This document shows, piece by piece, positions 1-8,805 of a stretch of DNA of 64,000 bases. Position numbers and translations under genes: made by a program. Each line of letters begins with the position of its first letter. The first letter of the stretch is position 1. This DNA is from an uncultured Candidatus Binatia bacterium (lineage in GTDB: Bacteria > Desulfobacterota > Binatia > UBA9968 > JAJDTQ01): assembly GCA_965213675.1 (NCBI GenBank), contig OZ243916.1, positions 1,056,001 through 1,120,000 of the forward strand, given 5' to 3'. The notes beneath the pieces were generated by a model. That model made no database searches and was not told where the DNA came from. It saw only the letters and a program-made list of their open reading frames with translations.

Positions 1-28
1 CCGCAATCCTTCTTGTTCCCCATGACAT
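1..28 (-). CDS. 5' end of a gene running off the window edge (product unknown)
   Basis: Minus strand reads GAGAAAGGAAAC-ATG-TC-ATG (strong RBS; candidate ATGs at 28 and 23). Confidence 0.3.
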
Positions 29-191
29 GTTTCCTTTCTCGACATTGGGCGCCACGAACGACGCTTCACGGTCCAGATGGAAGGCATTGAAGGGTATTTG
101 TGAAAGGCGGGCAATGGCCCCTGAAAGACTGCCCAAGTCCGGCAAGGCCCCACGTTCGTTCGAGAGTTCGGTCTCCCCGTCGTCATTCCCG

Positions 192-355
192 CCAGTGTGG
201 CGTCTGGTTAATTCGCGAACGCGAAAATTCGCTATCGCCGTCCCTTCGGTCGGTCGATTGAGGAGAAACTCAGGTCATATTTGACGAAATCGAGCGGCCG
301 AAGGGACGGATGAGAGCGGATTTGAGCCGTGAAGTCCTGCGGCGCAGGGTCCTAG
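192..355. repeat. ~164-bp imperfect hairpin element (type-B core, chimeric ends)
   Basis: Stem ccgtcccttcggtcggtcgatt / aatcgagcggccgaagggacgg; flanked by ccag/ctag; core homologous to 49216-49378. Confidence 0.6.
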
Positions 356-516
356 TGTGGTGTCTGGTTAATACGCGACATAATCTGCGGGTCTTTTTCG
401 CCGTCGGCTGCGTTGCTCTTCCTCGCGTGGTACACGCCACTGCTCGTCATCGCGCCTTGCCGACAACAAAAAATCCTCCGCACATTATGACGCGTATTAA
501 CCAGACACCACACTGG
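352..516. mobile_element. 165-bp MITE-like hairpin element, type A copy 1
   Basis: 22-bp perfect TIR tgtggtgtctggttaatacgcg / cgcgtattaaccagacaccaca, ctag/ctgg flanks; near-identical copy at 59800-59964. Confidence 0.8.
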
Positions 517-612
517 CGCGGAATCCAGCGTCGCCCCACATTCAACGTGGGTATCGGAAGCACCCGATACCCACGTTTTGACCGGCGACGCCGCTGACTG
601 GCGACGGTTATC

Positions 613-1674
613 TTACTTGAAGCGGGCGCGCTCGTCGGGCGAACGCGGCCGGTCGCCCGTGGGGACGATTTTCTCCACCAGGATGTCGGCGCCGTTGATG
701 GCGATGCGGATCTCCCTGTCAGTGTCGAAGTTCATGTCGTCGAGGAGAATCGTGATCCACTCTTCCATCTTGTGAGGCTTGGCCGAGGTGATGTAGGAGT
801 ACTTGCGCGTGGCTTGGTCCGAGCGCAGCAGGGTGTGTGTGTTGTATCCTGGGAACTCGTCGGCCATGACGCCGATGACGGTGAGCGCTTCCCGCCGCTC
901 GAAGTACTTGAGCGTCACGGTGTACGGAGTCTGCATTCCATGGCCGCTGCCGGAAGCGCGCCGGCGGCTGCCGGTGACCGCGTCACCCGAGCCGCTGCCA
1001 GTCCCGGCGGAGACTCGACGCGGGGCTCCGCCGCCAGCAGCCGCATTGCGCAGGTGAGCCAACTTGGTGGCCATGGTGACGCCCAGATCCGCGGCCAACT
1101 CGCGCGCCCGGTCGCCCACGACCTCGTCGATGCAAAGCTCGCGTTGGGACAGGCAGTTGGCGGGAGCGGGGTAACCTCTTTCCGCGATCTCGTATTCCTT
1201 GGGAGCATCGTTGCCAACGACGTCGACGATCTCACCGTTGAGCCGTACACGGACTTCCGTGCGGGCGCCGTCGCCCTTGGGCTGCGCCGCTGCGCGGACA
1301 CGAATCAGGAACAGGGCTCGTACCTGGTGCGAAGCGGTATCACTTCTGTTCATGCTCTTGGCAAGATCGATCAGGTCCATCTTGGGCCGGCGATCACTGA
1401 CCTTCCAACCCAAGTCCACGGCCACCGCTTCCTCGTCCACCACGCGGAACCCCTCGCGGGCCATGTTTTCGCGCAGAACGCTGATGACGCGCCTGAAGAT
1501 CTCGCTGCCGCGCCGGACCGTGAACTTGTCATCGTCCCAAGCCGCCACCAACACCGGCACGTCGCTGTACTGATGGGTCTGCGCCACGGTGGGTCCACAG
1601 GCCGCAAGAACCAGGGCCAGGGCGGGCAGCACCGTACCCAAGGCAATTCGTGTCTTCCTCATGAAACTCATCAT
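613..1674 (-). CDS. Hypothetical lipoprotein
   Basis: RBS GAAGGAG before ATG 1674; signal peptide with lipobox LAAC; globular ORF with GC-typical codons. Confidence 0.75.
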   Translation of the reverse strand: MMSFMRKTRIALGTVLPALALVLAACGPTVAQTHQYSDVPVLVAAWDDDKFTVRRGSEIFRRVISVLRENMAREGFRVVDEEAVAVDLGWKVSDRRPKMDLIDLAKSMNRSDTASHQVRALFLIRVRAAAQPKGDGARTEVRVRLNGEIVDVVGNDAPKEYEIAERGYPAPANCLSQRELCIDEVVGDRARELAADLGVTMATKLAHLRNAAAGGGAPRRVSAGTGSGSGDAVTGSRRRASGSGHGMQTPYTVTLKYFERREALTVIGVMADEFPGYNTHTLLRSDQATRKYSYITSAKPHKMEEWITILLDDMNFDTDREIRIAINGADILVEKIVPTGDRPRSPDERARFK

Positions 1675-2057
1675 GTCTGCCTCCTTCTGCCGTCTTTGGA
1701 TTCGGTCATGGAACACCCATGCCACCGTGGCCATGGAAGGGCCAGACTCTGTTTCGCTCAATTGCGCGCTCCGACACGTTCCAGGATGGCGCCCAATACT
1801 TCGCTCTGTTGCCTGACCGACTCCTTTTGTTGTCGACTAGATACGCTGTCTCCTGAAGAGAATCAACATCCATCAAAGGGGCCCGTGGACCTTCGAAGAG
1901 TCCGCCGCAAGCGGGAATCCAGGCGGGAAGAAGCGGATGGGTGGGATCGCGGTTTGAAAAACATGAGCATCCGTGGACAATGCTGTCTAACTCTTCCATG
2001 GAAACATACAGGAGGGAGACGCGCATCTTCCAGCCACTTTCGTCGAATTTCCATTGA

Positions 2058-3623
2058 GTGACGGACATGTCGAGTCGGATTCTGCACGGAGCGGACGAGG
2101 TCCTTCGCGGGACATTCTGGGACTTGGCCCAGATCGGCGACCCGGAGGGACCCAAGTACCCCGAGCCGGTGCTTCGGCGGTTGGCGGCGAAGATCCTGGA
2201 GGGGCGTGCCCACGAGCCTCTGGTGTTCCGCCTTTGCCATCTGGCGCGGGCGGCCGCGTTCGCGGCGGCGGAGGGGCCGTCCGGGTGGCTGGAGTTCTTC
2301 TGCGCGCCGGGAGCAGGGCGGTCCGGCTGGGCCGCGGGTTGGCTGCGGGCACGCCTGCCGGAGGAGTTGGAAGAGCGCGGGGAAGGTGCGCCGGTCACCG
2401 CCACGGCCCAACAACTGGCACTCCGATACCGGGAAAGGGCGGAGCCGGTCACGATCTCGTTTGGCGCTGCGCCGCTTCTCGCGGCCTTCATGGAATTCCT
2501 TCTGAACGCGCTCCCTTACCCGACGCTGAGCGACGCCATGGCCGTACTGTCGCGCCCGGAACTCGGTTGGCGGGAGCTTCAGGACACGGCCAATGCCCTG
2601 TCTCGCGCCGTCTACGCGTGGCTGCGCGAGCATACCCGGCCGGTGCAGGACAGCCGTCACTTCGACGCCATGACGCGGTTTATGTCCGGTCGCAGCGGAC
2701 GCGGCGACTTCAGTGCCGAGGATATCGACGACGACGCGGTGCTGGACTTCTGGCGCGCGGCTTCGCTGGAAGCCGGCTCCGAGTTCCGCACCTTCCGCAA
2801 GACCTTTCGGACGTTCCTCCGTCTGGCTGAGGCCCTGCGCGAGGAGGCATTGCGCGACGGGCTGGAAAACCCGCAGACTCTGACCGCCGTCGCGGGACGG
2901 GCGGGTCGTGAACCCGTGGACCCGTCTTCGCCGGGGCTCGACCTGATGCACGCGTCGGGGCCGGCCACGGCTCTCTGGGAGGGTTCGGAAGAGGACAACG
3001 ACGCCTCCCCGCTGGAGGCGCTCGCGGGGTCGGAGATCAAGCTGCTCCTGGCGAGCGAGATCAAACGGCTGGCGCTCGTGGACGCCCACCCGGTATTCCT
3101 CCCGCGGCTCGCCCGCTCGCTCCTGCGCGACCACTGCTTCGGGCAGGCCCAGGGACGCATTTCCCAGGCGCTCCGCGCCAACCCGAACGCCGCCCGTGCA
3201 CTTGCCGCCGAACCGCCTGAGACCGGCTATGACCGGGAGGCGGCCGCGCTGCTGGCGCTGTCCATCCATCTCGACGATCTCCTGGTGGCCGCCGCGGCGG
3301 CCTTGGCGGGCGCAGGGGACCGCGGCGGCGCCGTGCGGCGGCTCGACTTCGAGACCCTGGGCCGGGGACGCCGTGCGCTCAAGGGATTGCGGCGCAGGGG
3401 TTTCGACCGGGTCCGGTCCGGCGAGCCCGAGGCCCTGGCCGACCTGCGGCGGGCGGCTCCCGCCATGGCGGCGCTGCGTGAACGGCTGGCGCCGCTGTGT
3501 GCGCAGCTTCGGGAGGGCGCCCCTTGGGCGCCGTGCCAGCAGGAGGACGAAACCGTGTTCGCGCGACAGTTTGCCCGCATCTACGGCGACGCGGGCGCGG
3601 GAGAAGGAGGGACGGCCGCATGA
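2058..3623 (+). CDS. Hypothetical cytoplasmic helical protein (~520 aa), gene 1 of operon
   Basis: Long ORF; stop overlaps next start (ATGA 3620-3623); start may be ATG 2067. Confidence 0.75.
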   Translation: MTDMSSRILHGADEVLRGTFWDLAQIGDPEGPKYPEPVLRRLAAKILEGRAHEPLVFRLCHLARAAAFAAAEGPSGWLEFFCAPGAGRSGWAAGWLRARLPEELEERGEGAPVTATAQQLALRYRERAEPVTISFGAAPLLAAFMEFLLNALPYPTLSDAMAVLSRPELGWRELQDTANALSRAVYAWLREHTRPVQDSRHFDAMTRFMSGRSGRGDFSAEDIDDDAVLDFWRAASLEAGSEFRTFRKTFRTFLRLAEALREEALRDGLENPQTLTAVAGRAGREPVDPSSPGLDLMHASGPATALWEGSEEDNDASPLEALAGSEIKLLLASEIKRLALVDAHPVFLPRLARSLLRDHCFGQAQGRISQALRANPNAARALAAEPPETGYDREAAALLALSIHLDDLLVAAAAALAGAGDRGGAVRRLDFETLGRGRRALKGLRRRGFDRVRSGEPEALADLRRAAPAMAALRERLAPLCAQLREGAPWAPCQQEDETVFARQFARIYGDAGAGEGGTAA

Positions 3624-4177
3624 GCCGGAGTTGGAACACCCTGTCGGATCCGGAACGCGACCGCGTGCGCCGCGCTTTCGTCCTGAGCGTGGGCGCGGAC
3701 GCGCTGGCGGCATCGGAAGAGCCGCCGGACGTGGTCCGTCCGCCTCGTTTCGATCAACTCTACGCCGCGGCCCGTGACCCGCTGGCGGCGCTGACCCCGG
3801 CGCTGGGCGCGGCGCTGGCAACGCACGAGCGCGCCCGCGCCACGTTCGAAGCGCTGCTTCGGGAAGCCGCGGCCTGCTGGTTCCCGGTTGCGGCCGCGGC
3901 GGCCGCCCCGGGCGGCCTCGATTCCCGCGAAGAGGGAGGTTTTCGCATCTGGCTCCGTCCCTCCAGTGCCGGCCACGGCCAAGTCTACGTGCTCCTGCGC
4001 GCGGCCGAGGGGCGCGACGTCCAGCCTCGGGCCATCGTGGCGGCGTCCCCCGCGGCGGCGCCCGTGTGTACCCCCCTTCCGGAGGACATCGACGGCGTCT
4101 ATCAACTCATCCAGCGCGAGGATTCGCCCTTGGTGCGCGCCATCCGCGATCCCGCCTCAAAGCTCGCTCTCCGCTGA
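3620..4177 (+). CDS. Hypothetical protein (~185 aa), two halves joined by an Ala-rich linker
   Basis: RBS GGAGG, ATGA coupling to upstream gene; MSRSWNTLS...FPVAAAAAA... Confidence 0.7.
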   Translation: MSRSWNTLSDPERDRVRRAFVLSVGADALAASEEPPDVVRPPRFDQLYAAARDPLAALTPALGAALATHERARATFEALLREAAACWFPVAAAAAAPGGLDSREEGGFRIWLRPSSAGHGQVYVLLRAAEGRDVQPRAIVAASPAAAPVCTPLPEDIDGVYQLIQREDSPLVRAIRDPASKLALR

Positions 4178-4189
4178 CGGGTCCACGTC

Positions 4190-5572
4190 GTGCGCGCCCG
4201 GGTCTACATCGCCACCACCGAGGGACCGGTCCTGGTGCAGCGGCTGGCTCCCGAGGAGGGGTTGGCCGAGGCCGAGTTGTCCGCGGTGTGTCTGGACGGC
4301 ACCCCCACCCGGTTGCCCATCACCGGCGCCTACACTTGGTTCGTACGCGATCACGTGCGCTCTTTTTCCGGCGGCGCGGCCTACCGGCTGGACCTGGACG
4401 CGCGCATCGACGGGGGAAGCAGTTGGATGCTCGGGGCGTGGGTCGCGCACCTGCTGCTGTCCGAGGGACGTCTGGCCGTGGGAGACGACAGCGCGGATGC
4501 CGCCGTGTTCGCCACCGGCGAGGTGGCGGTGGCCACCGACGCCGAGCGCCGCACCGAGGTGCGGTCCGTGGGCCACGTCACGGACAAGGTGGCGCGTCTG
4601 GCCCAGCGCGCCGCGGAGGAGGCCGCCGCCGGACGCCGGGTTGTGCTGCTGGTGCCACGGGAAAACGCGGTCGAGGCCGGAGCGGCCGTGGAACGGTTGC
4701 CGGCAACGGTCCGGGAGCGGCTGACGCTGCGCGTGGCGTCCGATACCGCGGAGGTGCGGGAGGTGTTGACCCCGCCGGACGGCGCTGCGCCGGCCACTCC
4801 TGCTGCGGCCGCGTCCGCCACGGCTTCGTCCGCCACGGAGCCGCCGACTGCGACATCGCCTGCTCGCGTCGATGACCGGCGCCGGGGAGGCAAACTGGCC
4901 GTGGCGCTGTTGGCTTGCGTCCTGCTGGGAACGGGGGCCGCCGGCTTTTGGAGTTGGCGCAACGTGGAGCGGGAGTGGGAAGACCTTCGCCTCGCCGGCC
5001 GTTACGTCGAACTGGCGCGTTCGCTGGACGGGTTTCCGCTTCGAGCCGCAGCCGACCACGTGCGCACCCGGTGGCTGGACCCGGGGGCGGCCGCGGGTTT
5101 CACGTTGCAGGTGGCGGCGCGCCGCCCCGCCGACGGCGGGTCATGCTCCGGCATGCGCTTCCGCGGGAGCGTCCTGGCGACCACGCCGGTCAACGCCTCC
5201 GGCCCGCTCTACCGCCTTACGCAACCGCGCTCGTTGTGCGGGTTGGAGATCCAGACGTCGCCGCCCGAGACTGGCACTGCCGGGTACGCCTGGATATCCT
5301 TGCGCATGGTACCCGAGGGTCCGGTCCCCGTGGCGCTGTTGCCTGCGCACCGCGTGGTCTCGAGCACGCTCGCGGACTCCCCGGTCGCGCTGTCGCTGGA
5401 CCTGCCGCTCTATGTCCAGGATCATTGGGCCTGGGCAGTCACCTCGGTGTGGGCGCCCGCGCCGTCGGAGGATGTGGCGCCGCTTCTGGAAACCGGAGAC
5501 GACGCGGCCCTTGACGCGCTGACGAAGCTGGGGCTCAGGGTGACCCGGGCCCGGGTCGAGTGGGCCCGATAA
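4190..5572 (+). CDS. Membrane-anchored protein with N-terminal Lon/S16-like protease domain and C-terminal extracytoplasmic domain
   Basis: Ordered motifs IDGGSSWML, FATGEV, VRSVGHVTDK, VLLVPREN; Ala/Pro linker; TM helix LAVALLACVLLGTGAAGFW. Confidence 0.7.
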   Translation: MRARVYIATTEGPVLVQRLAPEEGLAEAELSAVCLDGTPTRLPITGAYTWFVRDHVRSFSGGAAYRLDLDARIDGGSSWMLGAWVAHLLLSEGRLAVGDDSADAAVFATGEVAVATDAERRTEVRSVGHVTDKVARLAQRAAEEAAAGRRVVLLVPRENAVEAGAAVERLPATVRERLTLRVASDTAEVREVLTPPDGAAPATPAAAASATASSATEPPTATSPARVDDRRRGGKLAVALLACVLLGTGAAGFWSWRNVEREWEDLRLAGRYVELARSLDGFPLRAAADHVRTRWLDPGAAAGFTLQVAARRPADGGSCSGMRFRGSVLATTPVNASGPLYRLTQPRSLCGLEIQTSPPETGTAGYAWISLRMVPEGPVPVALLPAHRVVSSTLADSPVALSLDLPLYVQDHWAWAVTSVWAPAPSEDVAPLLETGDDAALDALTKLGLRVTRARVEWAR

Positions 5573-5654
5573 TTGGGACAAGAAGATTGCAAGTCATGGT
5601 GAACGAGGTCATGGCGAGAGCAGGGACAAGGCTGCTGCTGGCCGCCGTGGCAGC

Positions 5655-7493
5655 TTATCTGGACCGTGACGCCCGCCGGCTGCCGGTGGAAACGAGATCC
5701 CGCGCCACCCGGAAACCGGTGTCGAAGTTGCGGCTTTCCGCCGCATCGCTTCCGCGCGCCGCCGACCGAAGCACACCCGGATGGCTGTACCAGGAGCCGC
5801 CGCGCAACATGCGCCGGTCGCAGTCGCCCCTTCGGAGCCAGGCCGCGCCGTCGTCCGGCCCACCCGCATAGTCCTTGTGAAGACAATCCTCCACCCACTC
5901 CCAAGCGTTCCCGAGCATGTCCGACAACAGAAACCCGTTCTCCCCGTGGGTTCCCACCTCCGCGGTGCGGACTCCTTGGTCGCGACACTCGGACGTGGCG
6001 ACAGCGCGATAATTCGCCCGGAATCCCGCGTCCGCACCGTTGGCGTTCTGGCACTGCCCCGTCACCTCGTCACCCCAGTACCGCGCCGAGGTCGTGCCGG
6101 CCCGGGCCGCGTACTCCCACTCCGCCTCCGACAACAACCGGTAACCCCGGCCCGTCTTCTCCGACAGCCACGCCGCGTATGCCTTGGCGTCATCCCAACT
6201 GACGCACACCACGGGATGGCGTTGCCCTTGATCGAAGCCCGGCTCCCGCCACGAACGCGCACCATCCTGCCGCCATTGGTCCAGACTGCCGTCTCCGAAC
6301 CAGCACCCGCCCGCCGTCTCGCGTCCGCTCTCCTCCACGAAGGCGGCATACTCTTCCCGGGTCACCTCGTACTTTCCCACGGCCAACGGCGACTCAATCC
6401 GAACCTGGCGTTGCGGCCCTTCATCCTTACCTCGCGTCCTCTCATCCGGCGGCGAACCCATCGTGTACGCACCGGGGCCGATCACAATCATTTCCGGGCA
6501 CGCATCGCAGTCGCGGAAGACCTGGCCGGGCCCGAGCGGCGCGCCCGGACCGAGCCCGGCCTCAACACCCGCCATTGACTTGGCGGAAAGAAATTCCCGG
6601 ACCGCGTTGACCGGCCTGCCATGGGAACGGGAATGGACCATGACCCGCAACTCGACCTTGTCCGTCAGGAAGACCAGCTCGCCCTTCAGATCGTAGACGG
6701 GATCCCGGAGATCGCCGCCCCCCACCGACGCCCCTCGGGGAGGCGCCGCGAGCAATTCCACGACGCGGTTCCTTAGCCCCCCTGCCACATGTTCCGCGAG
6801 CGGAGACTTCCCGCGCACACGCTGATCGTCGATGGACACGTCGCCGAGCCCTCCCCGCAGGCTTCGGGCGACATCGCCCGCCACGGCGCTCAGGGCCTGT
6901 TCCAACGACAACGGCGCGTACAGCCATTTCTCTTGAAAGAACACCGACGCACTGCCCAGCCGGCTCAGGTCCGTCGCAATGGCCGCGCAATAGAGCGTGA
7001 GTCCACTCTCCACGGCGGTGCTCGTGCACGAAAGAATGATGGGCGTCTGATGGCTGCGGAGCGCCGCCTGATAGGCCTCGAACCAGTCGGCCGCGCCCGT
7101 GTTCTCCAACGCGCGCGCGACGGCTGCGTGTTTCCTGGGGTCCGTGACAGTGAACAGTCCGATCTCCCCTGTTTCCCTCAGCGCATTGATCATCCAGCCA
7201 TAAACCAACCGGCGCTGGCGACCTCCCAACGTCACGGCGCGCGGGTCCAGGGGTTGGAACGTGATCCGCTTGTCGTCTTGCGGAGCCTTCCGTATCGCGT
7301 CCGGGAACGACCTGAGCAGGTTGCCAGCCCAATCCTTGGCCGCCTCCCTGGCGTGAGCCGAACCGTCCCGTGGCCCGGCCCCTTGGCCCCAGACCGTAGA
7401 CACACCTGCCGCGGCAAGCGTCAGCGATACGAACCAAGCCCAAACCCCCGTCGCCAGACGATGCCGCCAGCGATGCTGCGTCTTCGTTGTCAT
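5655..7493 (-). CDS. Secreted FGE-sulfatase (SUMF1/C-type lectin fold) domain protein
   Basis: Signal peptide; FRDCDACPEM, YEVT, HPVVCVSWDDA, RLLSEAEWEYAARAG, DMLGNAWEW, RGGSW, GFRVAR. Confidence 0.9.
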   Translation of the reverse strand: MTTKTQHRWRHRLATGVWAWFVSLTLAAAGVSTVWGQGAGPRDGSAHAREAAKDWAGNLLRSFPDAIRKAPQDDKRITFQPLDPRAVTLGGRQRRLVYGWMINALRETGEIGLFTVTDPRKHAAVARALENTGAADWFEAYQAALRSHQTPIILSCTSTAVESGLTLYCAAIATDLSRLGSASVFFQEKWLYAPLSLEQALSAVAGDVARSLRGGLGDVSIDDQRVRGKSPLAEHVAGGLRNRVVELLAAPPRGASVGGGDLRDPVYDLKGELVFLTDKVELRVMVHSRSHGRPVNAVREFLSAKSMAGVEAGLGPGAPLGPGQVFRDCDACPEMIVIGPGAYTMGSPPDERTRGKDEGPQRQVRIESPLAVGKYEVTREEYAAFVEESGRETAGGCWFGDGSLDQWRQDGARSWREPGFDQGQRHPVVCVSWDDAKAYAAWLSEKTGRGYRLLSEAEWEYAARAGTTSARYWGDEVTGQCQNANGADAGFRANYRAVATSECRDQGVRTAEVGTHGENGFLLSDMLGNAWEWVEDCLHKDYAGGPDDGAAWLRRGDCDRRMLRGGSWYSHPGVLRSAARGSDAAESRNFDTGFRVARDLVSTGSRRASRSR

Positions 7494-7696
7494 CGTCTTC
7501 CTCCGGCTCAAAGATTCCCGGGGAAGGCGTACTGGCGTCGGGAAGCTGTCCCGTCTCTCCCCCTTGACCGGATCTCTTTCCCCGCACTATATCAAATCCG
7601 TTTTGTTGTGACCGAGGTGGAAGACCTGCGGACACCTTCACTGTCTATCGAGGTCACTGATGACCGGGAAGCGAAGGCCCGGGGCAACGCGCTGGG

Positions 7697-8308
7697 CTAT
7701 AGAAATTTGACGAGGGCTACGATCAGGCCGCCTTGGGCGATCAGGGCGCCGAACAGCCATTTCACCAGTTCAGCCTTCACCGTCTCGATGGCTGCGCTGG
7801 TTTCGTGGCGCAGGGCTTCAACGCTGGCCTTTGTTTCTTGCCGTAGGGCATCGATGCTGGCCTCAACCTTGGCGATGTCCGCCTTGGTTTCTTGCCGCAG
7901 GGATTCGATGCTGGCCTCAACCTTGGCGATGTCTGTCTTGGTTTCTTGCCGCAGGGCATCGATGCTGGCCTCAACCTTGGCGATGTCCGCCTTGGTCTCT
8001 TGTCGCAGGGATTCGATGCTGGCCTTGGTCTCTTGTCGCAGGGATTCGATGCTGGCCTTGGTCTCTTGTCGCAGGGATTCGATGCCGGCCTTGGTCTCCT
8101 GTCGCAGGGATTCGATGCCGGCCCTGGTCTCCTGTCGCAGGGATTCGACCTCTGTCTTTACCGCGGCGACATCGGCTTTTGTGGCGAGGTTGGCGTTGAG
8201 GAGGGCGACATGCTCTTCGGCGAGTGTCTCGGCCTGCTTCTCGGTGAAGCCGCTCTCGGTCAGACGCTTGACGAAGCGATGCGTGTCGAAGGCGATAGCC
8301 TCAGCCAT
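7697..8308 (-). CDS. DUF1640/CCDC90-like coiled-coil protein with C-terminal TM helix
   Basis: FDTHRFVKRL..GFTEKQAE, LATKAD, repeats, ELVKWLFG + hydrophobic tail. Confidence 0.85.
   Translation of the reverse strand: MAEAIAFDTHRFVKRLTESGFTEKQAETLAEEHVALLNANLATKADVAAVKTEVESLRQETRAGIESLRQETKAGIESLRQETKASIESLRQETKASIESLRQETKADIAKVEASIDALRQETKTDIAKVEASIESLRQETKADIAKVEASIDALRQETKASVEALRHETSAAIETVKAELVKWLFGALIAQGGLIVALVKFL
7800..8150 (-). repeat. Intragenic tandem repeats (33-bp and 54-bp units)
   Basis: IESLRQETKA(S/G) x5 and DIAKVEASI(D/E)(A/S)LRQETK(A/T) x3 at DNA and protein level. Confidence 0.9.
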
Positions 8309-8416
8309 GAAGCGAACATAACAACCTTACCCGTGCGGGACAAGTACAAACGAGGCTTCCAACCTGGTTCCCGGCACCAGTGAAAAGACAATCGCCGCCA
8401 TGCGCCGGCAACCCAG

Positions 8417-8674
8417 GGAAGGTCTGAACAATGGCGGTTGTGGCCGGCAAGCGGAACGGCCGACCTGTTAGTGGCGTATACGGCTCTATCCGCTTCTCCA
8501 GACGCTTCCACGGTATCAGCCCCTCCATCTTCTCCAAAAACTCCTCCTGCCGCGTCCGCCGCTTCTTCCGATCATGTTCCATCTCCGCGAAGCTCGCCTG
8601 TCTCATCGTTTCCCCTCCATGCACTGCCGTTTTCGCCATTATGACGTGCGAAAGGTCTCTTGTTCAGATCTTCA
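8417..8674 (-). mobile_element. Internally deleted IS5-family element (transposase N-terminal remnant)
   Basis: TIRs ggaaggtctgaacaa (8417-8431) / ttgttcagatcttca (8660-8674), ccag/ctag flanks; remnant MRQASFAEMEHDRKKRRTRQEEFLEKMEGLIPW...IEPY. Confidence 0.8.
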
Positions 8675-8805
8675 CTAGCGCACCTTGAGGTGAATTCGTT
8701 ATGAATTGCGGGAACGAAGGAGGCCACGGAATGACGGAGCGCATGCGACGCGGCGCTGACAAGACCCGTCGCGGAAATGTTCGGGCGCTCTGAACGGATG
8801 CATTC

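Noticed and set aside
310-597. ORFs reading VWCLVN..NQTPH (also near 59800 and 36127)
   Set aside because: They are translations of the non-coding 165-bp hairpin repeat.
1863-3821. Long antisense or alternate-frame ORFs (e.g. 652 aa here, 782 aa at 32932, 703 aa at 49260, 786 aa at 61333)
   Set aside because: Shadow ORFs of real genes in high-GC DNA; Arg/Pro/Gly-rich with no motifs.
5655-5830. Second FGE gene as a DGR target or template repeat
   Set aside because: Loop codons (GTG, GGA, GCG) do not fit an AAC-derived pattern, and it differs from 13304-13445 at many non-adenine positions.
7800-8150. CRISPR-like repeat
   Set aside because: In-frame coding tandem repeats with no unique spacers.
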